Below are positions 37,301-49,400 of a stretch of 54,836 bases of DNA, in pieces (positions within the stretch are counted from its first letter, which is position 1; the number at the start of each line of letters is the position of its first letter). The notes under the pieces were generated by a model, which was not told where the DNA came from, made no database searches, and was given only the letters and a program-made list of their open reading frames with translations. This DNA is from Paramecium tetraurelia (Eukaryota). Made by a program: the position numbers and the translations under genes. The DNA is taken from the NCBI GenBank assembly GCA_000165425.1, contig CT867993.1:248001-302836 (forward strand), read 5' to 3'.

Positions 37301-40300
37301 GGATAAACAGCTGCTAATTGCTTTAGATCTACAGCTGGATTATGTGCTATGAATGCTGCCTCTCCAGCAACCTGCTAAGCAGTAACTTAGGCATCTGAAT
37401 GTGTATTAGTGACTGGAAAAACTGGTTTAGATCATGCAAAATGTTAAGCTTATCATACTTCATGTACTTCTTTAAATGATGGTACTGGATGTTAAGAGTT
37501 TAAGGCAACTTGTCCTGCTTTCACTGGAGACGCTGCACATTGCACTGCCTCATAATAAGGTAAATGCTACTTGAGTGGTTCCGATTGCGTACGTTTCTCT
37601 ACTTGTGCTGCAATTTCTGGAATTGGATTAACTGATGCTAAATGCGCAGGATATAATGCAGATTGCACTGTTAATGCTGCTGGCACTGCATGCTAAGAGT
37701 AAAAGGCTACATGTGCTGTGTACTTAACTCAAGATTCTTGCACTACATCAAAAGATACAGCAACAGCCGATAAATGTGCTTGGAGTGGAACAGCTTGCGT
37801 TGCAGTAACAACTGTTGCAACTTAGTGTGCATTTGTTACAGGGTCTGGTTTGGATGATACATAATGTGCAACTTATAATGCTGGTTGTGTTGCTAATTCT
37901 ACAGGAACAGCTTGTTAAGAGAAAAAGGCCACTTGTGCAGCTTATACAACCACTGCTGCATGTGGTACATCAACAGCTGGCAAATGCTATTGGAATAGTG
38001 CTGCATCACCAGCTGCTTGCATTTCTATTACTACAGTGGCAACTGATTGTTAATTAGTTTTGGGATCTGGTTTAGATGATGCTAAATGTGGAGCTTACCT
38101 AACAGGCTGTGTCGCACTTTCAACCGGAGCGGGTTGTTAAGAGAAAAAGGCCACTTGTGCAGCTTACACAACCACTACTGCATGTGGAACATCAACAGCT
38201 GGCAAATGCTATTGGAATAGTGCTGCATCACCAGCTGCTTGCATTTCAATTACTACAGCTTCGAGCGATTGTTAATTAGTTTTGGGATCTGGTTTGGATG
38301 ATACTAAATGTGGAGCTTACCTTACAGATTGTGTTGCACTTTCTACCGGAGCAGGTTGTTAAGAGAAAAAGGCCACTTGTGCAGGTTATACAACCACTGC
38401 TGCATGTGGAACATCAGGAGCTGGCAAATGCTATTGGAATAGTGCTGCATCACCAGCTGCTTGCATTTCTATTACTACAGTGGCAACTGATTGTTAATTA
38501 GTTTTGGGATCTGGTTTAGATGATGCTAAATGTGGAGCTTACCTAACAGGCTGTGTCGCACTTTCAACTGGAGCAGGTTGTTAAGAGAAAAAGGCCACTT
38601 GTGGAGTTTATACAACCACTGCTGCATGCGGAACATCAACAGCTGGCAAATGCTATTGGAATAGTGCTGCATCACCAGCTGCTTGCATCTCTATTACTAC
38701 AGTGGCAACTGATTGTTAATTAGTTTTGGGATCTGGTTTGGATGATACTAAATGTTCAGCTTACAACGCAGGTTGCACATCTCTTGTTGATGGTACTGCT
38801 TGTTAAGAGGAAAAAGCAAACTGCAAAGATTACACCACACAAAATAAATGTACTTCAACTTCGAGTGTAACTTGTATTTGGTTTGAAAATGCTTGTTATT
38901 CTATCACTGCAGTAAGTTGCAGTTCAATAACTGGAACTTCTCTTGATCATACAAAATGCTAAGCCTATAACACTAAATGTACTTCAATTACAGATGGTAC
39001 AGCATGCTAAGATTTTAAGACTACATGTGAATAATACCCAGGTACTGCAGCAGGATGTACTAAAACTGCTACTTCAAAATGTTATGTATATAACTCTGCT
39101 TGTATAACAATTTCAAATGTGGCTACAGATTGCGCCAAAATAACTGGTTCTAATTTAACCTATGACACTTGCTAATCATACAATACAGGATGTAGCGTAA
39201 ATAGAGCTAAAACTGCTTGCGTTTAATAATAGGCTTTATGTTCTGGTTACAGCAGTGCAATGACTAGTTGTTATAAATCAGCAGCTGGATTATGTATTGC
39301 AGGTTAATCTGGTGACACTTCTTGTGTAGCTGCCTCAACTGCTTCAACTTGCGATGCAGTATTTTTAGGAGCTGGAAATTATAATGATGCTAATTGTAGC
39401 TCATTCAAAACAGGATGTACTGTTAATGGAAGTGCATGCACTGCTAGAACTTGTGCTAATGCTACTGGTATAACATTTAATCACGCTAATTGCAACTCTT
39501 GGCTCAATACTTGTACTGTTAATAGTGGAAGTTCTGCATGTTAAGCTATGGCTTCAAAATGTGCAGATTAGTAATCCACTGCTTGCTAATATTCTGTTGA
39601 AGGTGAATGTGTTGTTGTTAATTCTGCTTGTGTCAGAAAGACATGTGATACTGCTACAGCTGATGCAAGCTTTGACTCTGATAGTGAATGTGGAACATAT
39701 TAATAATCATGCACAGTAGCAAGATTAGGTGCATGTTAGGCTAGAACTGCTTGTGCCTCATATAAGTCATTACTCTAATGTAAATTCAACACAAGTGGAG
39801 GAAAATGTTTCTGGAACCCAACAGCTAAAACCTGCGTTGATTTGAATTGCGGAAATATTGAAGCAACAACTACCTATGATTCTCATTCAGAATGTGTTGC
39901 TGTTGACTCCACTTTATTATGTACTGTTAGAGCTACTAATGGAGCAGCTGTTCCAGGATGTATGGCTAGAGGGTCATGCAGTTCATACACTATTGAAGAT
40001 TAATGCCGCACTAATTCAAATGGAGGAGAGTGTGTTTGGAATACAAATGCTAACTTACCTGCCCCTGCATGTTAGGATAAATCTTGTACTAGTGCACCAA
40101 CTTCTACAGCCACCCATAATGATTGCTTTGCTTACTATACTTCAGCAACTGTTAAATGTACAGTGGCTGCTACTCCAAGTAATAGTGGAGGTGCTGCAAC
40201 TTTGGGAGGATGCTAATAGACTGCTGCTTGTTCAAGTTACATTGATAAAGAGTAATGCTAGATCAATGCAAATGGTGATCCATGTGGATGGAATGGAACA

Positions 40301-42544
40301 TAATGTGCTGATAAATCATGTGCCACTGCACCTGCTACTGCTGATTATGATGATGATACAAAATGCAGAGCCTATTTCAGTAATAAGTGCACAGTTTCTG
40401 AAACAGGACAAGGATGTGTTGATATCCCTGCAACTTGTGAAACAATGACTTAAAAATAATGCAACCTTAACAAGAATGGAGATCCTTGCTATTGGACAGG
40501 AACAGCTTGCATAACAAAGTCTTGTGATAATGCTCCTGATTCAACTGCAACAGCAGATGATTGCAATACATATTTATCAGGTTGTACTTTGGATAGCGTG
40601 AAATGCAAAACCAAAGTTTGTGAAGATTTTGCTTTTGCTACAGATGCTCTATGTAAATAAGCAATTTCTACATGCACAACAAATGGAACAAATTGTGTCA
40701 CTAGAGGTACATGTTTCCAAGCCTTAAGTCAATCAGGATGTGTCACTTCTTCAACAGGGTAATAATGTGAATGGATACCAGCTGTTTTGAATGCATAAAA
40801 TGTTGTTACTTCCCCTGCATATTGTACAATAAAGACTTGTAGTACTGCACCTCTAACTTTAACAAGCGAAGCAGCTTGTGCTAGTTATTTCACAAATTGT
40901 ACTACAAAGAATGGAGGTGGATGCGTTACTAAATCCTCATGCTCAGCTGTTACTATTGATGTCGCTTGTACAACTGCCTTAAATGGTACTGTTTGTGCTT
41001 GGGATAGTGCATAAAATAAATGCAGAGATAAAGATTGCTAGGATTTCAGTGGAACTACACATGCAGCATGCTAAACTTAGAGAGCTGGATGTACTGCTGG
41101 TGCAAATGGAAAATGCGCAAGAGTGTAAAATTGTGAGTAAACCACCGTAAGAGCAGCTTGCATAGAAGGATCAAACGGACCATGCTTATGGATTGATAAG
41201 TATCCAAATAATGACGGAACTAAAGGAGCTTGTTTCAGATATACATCATGCAAAAGTTTATAATGGAATAATGATGCATCATGCAAATGGATTAGCAACA
41301 AATGCACTACAAATGGATCTAATTGTGTAGGAATTACATTATGTTCTGAAACTAATACTGATGGAGGCTGTGTTACAGGTTATGATGGTGCTTGTATTCA
41401 ATCAGTTCCAGCCTTGAATTCATCTGATCCAAAAGTTTGCAAACCATATACTTCTTGTGCAGATGCCTTCTACACAACTCATTCAGATTGTTAAATTGCT
41501 AGTAACAAATGTACCACAAATGGAACAACTGGATGTATTGCATTAGGTGCTTGCTCATCATACACTTCTTAAGCTGGATGCTATTTCAATGATAAAGGAG
41601 CTGTATTGTAATCTGGAGCCATCGTTTCTACTGGACTTTGTACATGGGATACCACAGCAAGTAGTTGCAGAGATTAAACATGCGCAGATTTGACTGGTAC
41701 TACTCATGCAACATGCTCATCCCAACTTTCAACATGCACATCAGATGGAACTACATGTTTACTCAAAGGAGCCTGTTCATCATACTCTACTTAAACTGCC
41801 TGCACAACTGCTGTTGGATCAGATGGCATTTGTTATTGGGAACTTGCATCTGCTACAAATAACAACACTGCTAAATGTAGATTACTCACTTGTGCTGACA
41901 TTCAAAATGGCACATCAACCAGTGTTTGTGTTGTAGCTTTGTCAACTTGTGTTTCTAATGGAACTGCTTGCATTCCTAAAGCCAATTGCTCCACTTATAC
42001 AAATAAAATAGCTTGCAACTCTGGAGGGTTAGATGGTATTTGTGTATTCACATAATCAACTGCAACTGGAGCAGTTGCTGGTACTGGAACTTGTGCTTTA
42101 ATGACATCTTGTACTACAGCCAATAATGATTAAATTGCTTGTTAAGCTGCTAGAGATAGATGCTCATGGACACCACCCTCAGGAAGTGGAGCTACTGCAG
42201 TTGCTAGTAAATGTGCTACTCACACTTGCGCTACAAATTAAGCAACTAATGGTGCTTGTACTAGATTTTTAAATTGGGACAAAAAGACTTAATAAGTTTG
42301 TACACTTGTTAGTGGTACATGTACAGCAACAGACCCCTCTACTTTGTCTTCAAATGATTGTTTCTTAGTTTCTGGTTACACTTATACTTGGAATGCATCA
42401 ACTAGCAAATGTGGAGTTTGCACAGCAGTTGTGGTTCAACCAAATACTTCAGACAATAATACAAACAATACAGACAATAACACAACAACAGATTCAGGTT
42501 ACATCCTTGGCATGTCAATTGTTTTAGGATATCTCATGTTCTGA
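34354..42544 (+). CDS. A: Paramecium surface antigen (immobilization antigen) A; GPI-anchored, Cys-periodic, ~2,729 aa after correcting one frameshift
   Basis: Signal peptide MNQKFFILSLMLALAASQTYSLTSCTCAQLLSEGDC; periodic Cys spacing throughout; C-terminal N/T-rich spacer and GPI signal DSGYILGMSIVLGYLMF*. Intronless. One extra A at ~34936 shifts the frame. TA dinucleotides fall at the recalled A51 IES coordinates. Confidence 0.93.
37916..38803 (+). repeat. Four tandem 222-bp (74-aa) central repeats of the surface antigen
   Basis: TAAGAG unit starts at 37916, 38138, 38360, 38582 (next at 38804). Unit QEKKATCAAYTTTAACGTSTAGKCYWNSAASPAACISITTVATDCQLVLGSGLDDAKCGAYLTGCVALSTGAGC; the fourth diverges in its last ~50 bp. 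Confidence 0.95.
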
Positions 42545-42969
42545 TGAGAATGATTTTTAAATATATATAGGGAAAAATTTATTAAATATAAAAAAAATCT
42601 TTATAATTATTAAGATATAGAAAATAATGTTGCCATTATTTTTCTCCTTACATTTTTGTTCATTTATTTGTTGAATCAATTTAAAGTTATTTCAACATCT
42701 TATATTCCAACAATAATTTTTAAATGAATCTTAAACCGCAAAATATATTTGGTTGAATAGGGATCATGAATTTTTGTTTTTATTTCAACTTCAAGTGAAG
42801 AGGGAAAAACTGAATGCCTAGCAATAGTCCATGATAAAAAGAATCCAATGTTTTTGATTGCATGATGTTTAATAATGGTTAGCTTTTAGGTTTTCTACTT
42901 ACTTAAAAATAAATATTTTTCAATTACCTATTATCATTACTCGAGATCACATATAATTATAACTTAATT

Positions 42970-43180
42970 GAATGATATCAAGAAGCCTAGGAACATTATG
43001 ATTAAGCTACCTGGATAAACCCTGATGATTCGGACTATTATTGGGACAAAGGTGCCATTCAATTTTTAATACTTCATAGTTGATGTATTATTTACTAACC
43101 ATACCCCACCAAACCAAGTAGATTTGAAGAAGCATTAGATTTTTATGATTAGCTATTTAGATAAACACAGAAACCAATTT
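42970..43180 (+). pseudogene. TPR-repeat gene remnant
   Basis: Fragments YQEAQEHYDQATWINPDDSDYYWDK and RFEEALDFYD, separated by an intron-like gt..atag and frameshifts; no intact ORF. Confidence 0.55.
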
Positions 43181-44849
43181 CCCAACCTTTTGTTTGAACT
43201 TCCAATTTTTCCTAACATTTATAAAAATTAAATTTAATTTTTCAAATTTTATAGACACACTATTCCTTTCCCTATTGCAAATGAATTTCTTTTTAAGAAG
43301 TTGCTTATGAAAATAGTACTGTAATTCAGATCCTTTACCAAAATTTGAACAAAATGAAAAAAATTAGAAAAAGAGTGGTCAAAATCCTCATCAATTCCTC
43401 AAAGTGAGTTCTCTGCTAAAATAGTACAGTTATAGCAAAAAATTGAAATAAACATGTAGTTTCGTGTTCTAAAGCAATTGGTTTAAATATGTTTTGAAGA
43501 ATGAAGGATATATATATTTAAATATGGTGTATTTGCAGTAGCATACTGTTCAATGAAACATATGAGTTGGCTATTTGCTATGACCACTATTACTTATTCA
43601 CATTAATAGGAGAATTCAATAATAATTCGCCTTCATTAAATTTGATTTATCATACTTTGTAGCTAATAATTTGGGATATCTTAATAAGAAAATCTTGAAA
43701 GGTTCCCAAATAGCCTCTCCAAATGGAATGCTTTTAGGCATCTTATCATAACACAGTTTAGTTTAGTATTTTCTGTTATAACATTAGATATATTCAAAAA
43801 CCATTGCAAAACTCCTTTAAGTATACAAGACGATTTCCTTAAAAGTTGTTTCCACAATAAAGGGATAGAGGTGGATAAGGTATTCAATATGTTAATAAGA
43901 TTAGTCTTAATTTTTTTTATATTTCAACCCTCTTTAAATTGATTTATTTGATTTAATATGTCTTCTTTTTTTTGTTAAGTAAATTTCTATCAATAAAAAA
44001 TCTAAACATTCAAAGTAAAGTAAAATTTTATATTGTTTGACAATAATTAATATCAATTAAATGGAAGATTTTTAGTTATTTATTAAATTGAGTTTAATTA
44101 AATGTGAAAATTGTGAAATACCATAAGTTATTTTGAATCTATCCATTTTTACTAAATATATCTACAACCCCAATCGATTATTGAAATCTTTTATAAAGCC
44201 ACAAAAGAAATTTTCAAGAGATTCCTTTATCTGAATACAGAAGTTAGTCTATACTTATCAGAAGTATCAATAGGAGTAAGGATAACCTACGGTTGAATAT
44301 CTTTATGAATAATAGCTTCAAGTTTGAGCAAGGATAAGAGGCGCAAAATTTAGGGAATATATATAGATATATTTGAAAGCTAAGAAGTTACAAAAATAAA
44401 ACTATATGGCATTAATTGAATTACCTTTTAAAATAGAGGTGGAGGTATAATAAGGTGATTGATCAGGACAACTCGCCTCACTACTCTAATAATGGCAAAG
44501 AAAAAGATTCCCTTATTATAACAAGGATAAATTTAATTAATAACTTAGAGTAGGTGTACTAACAAATGCTTCTGTATAGCTCAGCGTTTTCTATCACCTC
44601 TCCTACTTTATAGCCTCCTAGTGAAAGATAAAAAAACGTTTTTTCTTCTCTTAACTCCTACATTATAAAACTATAAACTCATTTTTAATCAAATCTTATA
44701 AAGGGTCTATTTCATAATTGTTGGAAAATTTATTTTATCTATATTCCATAAGATTACAAAAGTGGAGGAAAATATAGTTGTTTTGTCCAAGAAATCTTAA
44801 ATAATATTATGAAATTGGATAAATTTAATTGCATAATTGTTAATAATAA

Positions 44850-47582
44850 TCATTATTGTTTTTATTGTAATCCAATTTAGTTTTCTAATATGCAACTTCC
44901 TCGTTAATAAAATAATGTCTTCAAGTTTATGCCTGAATGATTAATAAATTCACCTTTCAAAATTAGAGCTCCTTATGATTAAAATATAAGCTATTATGAT
45001 ATCAAAAGGGTAGTTAATGAACAAAAAATACCATTGTTTTGAAGAAGGTTGTTTGTAAAATTATTGGGTTAAAATTATGCAAGGATGTCTTTATAACGAT
45101 TATCTGAAGATAGGATTTATTATCCTGTTTTAACATCCCATATATGGACAGAGTTATCATTACTACCAGATACTAATTTAGTACCATCAGGAGAGAAATT
45201 GACTGAATTAACTGTGGCAGGATGATCATCTAATTTGGTTTTTAACTATCTTGTCTTAACATCCCATAAACGAATAGAATTATCGAAACTACCAGATGCT
45301 AATGTAGTATTGTCTCGAGAGAAATTGACAGAAAGAATTCCATTTGAATGACCAATTAATTTGGCTTTTTATTATCCTGTCTTAACATCCCATAAACAGA
45401 TAGACTAATCTTCACTACCAGATGCTAATGTCGTACCATCAGGTGAGAAATTGACTGAATAAACTGTTGATGAATGACCATCTAATTTAGCTTTTTATTA
45501 TCCAGTCTTAATCATCCCACTAAAATGGTTAAATTATCCCCACTACCAGAAGCTAATAAAGTACCATTAGGAGAGAAATTGACTGAATAAACTGTTTAAG
45601 AATGACCATCTAATTTGACTTTTTATTATCCTGTCTTAACATCCCATAAAAGGATTAACTTATCCCAACTACCAGAAGCTAATAAAGTACCATCAGGAGA
45701 GAAATTGACTGAATAAACTGTTTAAGAATGACCATCTAATTTGGCTTTTTATTATCCTGTCTTAACATCCCATATACAGATAGAGTTATCATGACTACCA
45801 GATGCTAATATAGTACTGTCAGGAGAGAAATTGACTGAAGTAACAGTTTCTGAATGACCATCTAATTTGGCTTTTTATTATCCTGTCTTAACATCCCATA
45901 AACGAATAGAATTATCAAAACTACCAGATGCTAATATAGTACCATCAAGTGAGAAATTGACTGAATTAACGTAACCTGAATGACCATCCAATTTGACTTT
46001 TTATTATCCCGTCTTGGTATCCCATAAACGGATAGAATTATCTGAACTACCAGATGCTAATGTAGTACCATCAGGAGAGAAATTGACTGACACAACAGTT
46101 GATAAATGACCATCTACTTTGGCTTTTTAATATCCTGTCTTAACATCCCATAAACGGATAGATTTATCTACACTACCAGATGCTAATGTAGTATGATCAG
46201 GAGAGAAATTGACTGACAAAACACTTGATAAATGACCATCGAATTTGGCTTTTTATTATCCTGACTTAACATCCCATAAACGGATAGAGTTATCTGAACT
46301 CACTAGATGCTAATGTAGAACCATCAGGAGAGAAATTGACTGAATTAACATAACCTGAGTGACCAATTAATTTGGCTTTTTATTATCCTGTCTTAACATC
46401 CCATAAACGGATAGATTTATCTTCACTACCAGATGCTAATATAGTACTTTCAGGAGAGAAATTGACTGAATACACACAACCTGAATGACCAATAAAAATG
46501 GCTTTTTATTTTCCTGTCTTAACATCCCATAACCTGATAGAATTATCCCAACTACCAGATGCTAATGTAGTACCATCACAAGAGAAATTGACTGAATTAA
46601 CATAATCTAAATGGCCATCTAATTTGGCTTTTTATTATCCTGTCTTAACATCCCATAAACGGATAGATTTATCTACACTACCAGATGCTAATATAGTACT
46701 GTCAGGAGAGAAATTGACTGAATACACAAAATCTGAATGACCAATAAAAATGGCTTTTTATTTTCCTGTCTTAACATCCCATAAACGAATAGTTTAATCA
46801 TCACTACCGGATGCTAATGTAGTACCATTAGGAGAGAAACATACTGAATTTACATAATCGCGGTGACCATCTATTTTCACTTTTTATTTTCCTGTCTAAA
46901 CATCCCATAAACGGATAGAATTATCACAACTACCAGAAGCTAATAAAGTACCATCAGGAGAGAAACAAATTGAATTAACTTAATTTGAATGGCCATCTAA
47001 TATATTTAACTCATGTATTTTTATATTCTTCCATTTACAATTAAATAATTATGCTTAATTCAAGTTAATTCCACTAATATCTACATTATCAAATTCTGAC
47101 TCATTGAAATTGCATCTAACAAAATTTCCTCCAGCTAAAGACGTATCTTTAATCCTGATATTCTCAAAATTTTATTCCTTCAAATCCACTTTCATTTCTA
47201 CTAAAAAATTGAGTGAATTAGATCCACATTAAATAAATTTCTCATCAAAGGCTGTCATTTGTACGAGGAATTTCAAAAATTCAATGATCTGTCTATCTTA
47301 ACCAATCTTTATAATCAATTCTTTTCTTATTTATTCTTAATCCACTTTTAAAAAGTTCTTTTTATTAAAGTCAAGCTCACTTATTTTTTTGAGAATATTA
47401 ATGAAGAGATCAATATTTTTAATTCCCTGCTCGAGCTTTTGAGGGTTTAAATTCTTCAATGTGTTTGTGATTTTTCCTCTCTTAAACATGTTAATAAGAA
47501 TAGGGTAGCATTAGATATCAAAATTTTTAACTGTTGCCAAAATCTTAGACAAATTGTCATTCTACTCTGTTTTGCAATCCAT
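44850..47582 (-). pseudogene. Pentapeptide-repeat + WD40-repeat gene of the expanded Paramecium family; two indels (pseudogene or assembly errors)
   Basis: MDCKTEQNDNLSKIL..FIQCGSNSLNFLVEMKVDLKEQNFENIRIKDTSLAGGNFVRCNFNESEFDNVDISGINL..CKWKNIKIHELN, then WD40 units [33 protein letters not shown], ending ..GSCILENQIGLQQKQQ*. Indels: +1 at ~46301, +2 at ~45511-45520. Confidence 0.85.
45120..47003 (-). repeat. 15 tandem 126-bp WD40-coding repeats (coding minisatellite)
   Basis: GAGAGAAATT-like anchor at 45191, 45317, 45443, 45571, 45697, 45823, 45949, 46075, 46201, 46328, 46454, 46580, 46706, 46832, 46958; spacing 126 except one 128 and one 127. Confidence 0.95.
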
Positions 47583-48399
47583 TTCTTTTTTTATAAATTA
47601 ATTGATTTCTATTCCTTTATTTACACTTTAATACTATAAACCAAAAAAGTAACTTGTTAACTTATATCTAAAGAAAATCAAATTATTTTAAGATTAGTTG
47701 TGGATATATTTTATAATAATAAAAACACAAAAGAAACTTGCTCAAAGCTTTAATCTTTTTGAATATAGATAAAAACATAAAACAAATTATTAACAATATT
47801 TCCACATTATCTACAAGATTTCAAAGCTAATTATCAATAACTTAGTTCTCTTCTACATTTATATTATTCCTTCAAAGTAAGAGTTTGGTAAAGACTGGCT
47901 AAGAATATCTCTAAAGAAGCCAATAATAGGGTCGAGTCCATGAAAAATTTACAATTTTAATGAACCCTATTTTGGAATACCTATTTTAGGATTTTAGTAG
48001 ATGAAGTAGGCGATTAAATATGTGATGAAATAGGGAATCATACAGGCGATGAAATATGTCATGAAATTGGCAATGATATTGGAAAATTATAGGGAGTATT
48101 ATGAGGAATGAAATAGTCAATAAAATAGCAAAGCATAGGGAATTAAGTAGGGGATATAACTGGGAAATGGTTTATTATAAGTTGTTTCTAAAATTTTAAA
48201 TTACTTGCAATAATCGGATATATAAATTGTATGTATAATAGTAACTTAACGCTTCATCGTTTATATCATGAAAAATTTGCTTTTTCCATTTCATAAAATA
48301 CTTCTTGAATTGATTGAGGTGGAATTAAATTAATTAAATTTTTTTCATTGAGGTGGAATAAACACTCAATTCAGTATTTTTCTCATATATAATGCACGC

Positions 48400-49400
48400 A
48401 ACAGCTAATTTTTTTAATATAACACAAATCCTATGTTCGTTTAATGTGTTGCCACTGTATCTAATGTTAATCTTTATTTATTAAATGTGCATAAATTATA
48501 TCAGCAGTTCATGTAATAAAGCTCATACTTTTTCAAACATCTTTTGCATTTGTTAGTTGTACCAGCCTGCAAAGTTAATTATTTCTAAACATCACCCATC
48601 TCACCTTGCTTAATCATTATTGTTGAAATTTAAATTACAGTAATTTACTAGGATGCAGTTCCAATTTAATTAAGATGAATTATATTTCTCAATTAATAGA
48701 ATGTCAGTTAAATCAAACTGATCATATTAGACTGTATCAGCAAAACCATCAGTATAATATATAAAACCCTTCTATATAAAGGACGATGCTGTAACGACTC
48801 AAATTCAAGTATAGATATAAGAATTCTAAAACATCCAACTTTGCATAATATAGAGTACATTGAGTGCAAGTATTTGGAGCATTAGCCTCTAATGAAATAT
48901 AATTAGCTATAAAGTTTAAATACCAAGAAAAGAAGGATGATTCATTAGACTTTCACAAGCAGCACAGAAATTTTAGATAGCCAAAAATTGAATCTTGTTT
49001 TTTTATGTTTTTGTAAACCATGATTTCACCAAGACTGGCTCAATTTCAACATGTCTTACACTTCGCACAGGGAATAAACAAAGAAGCACATAGTGGAAAT
49101 ATATTCAGCATTTTAATCACCATCAGTGATAATTTTCAGTAGCTGGCATAAGCATGTTTTTGAAGAACATTTATGGATGGTTGTTATTAGAGTCGATTTG
49201 ATATACTATATAGCCAATAAAGAACAATATCACAAGCAATTCATATTTATATTTGACTGAGTAATGGAGCACATCGTCAGCAGTTATAATACATTCCTAA
49301 AGCAGCTTTAAATTGGACTATGAAGAAGTACTCATAGATTAATATGTGAAGTTAACTTTAGATATCTTGCATAACTATCGATTGTTGTGTCTGCTTACCA
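48400..49400 (-). pseudogene. Degenerate cysteine-rich (extracellular-type) gene remnant
   Basis: Minus-strand frames show scattered Cys-rich fragments, including a DGD/GDG-like element near 48590-48640, interrupted by TGA stops and frameshifts. Boundaries approximate. Confidence 0.3.

Noticed and set aside
34519..41936. Alternative-frame and antisense ORFs inside the surface-antigen gene
   Set aside because: By-products of Cys/Thr/Ala codon bias; the code-6 main frame explains the region.
45120..47003. CRISPR-like repeat/spacer appearance of the 126-bp array
   Set aside because: Units are contiguous in-frame WD40 coding repeats with no unique spacers and no cas genes; eukaryotic DNA.
48312..48370. 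Short direct repeat ATTGAGGTGGAAT (x2) with a small inverted ATTGAG..CTCAAT
   Set aside because: Only 13 bp in AT-rich DNA, with no element structure around it.
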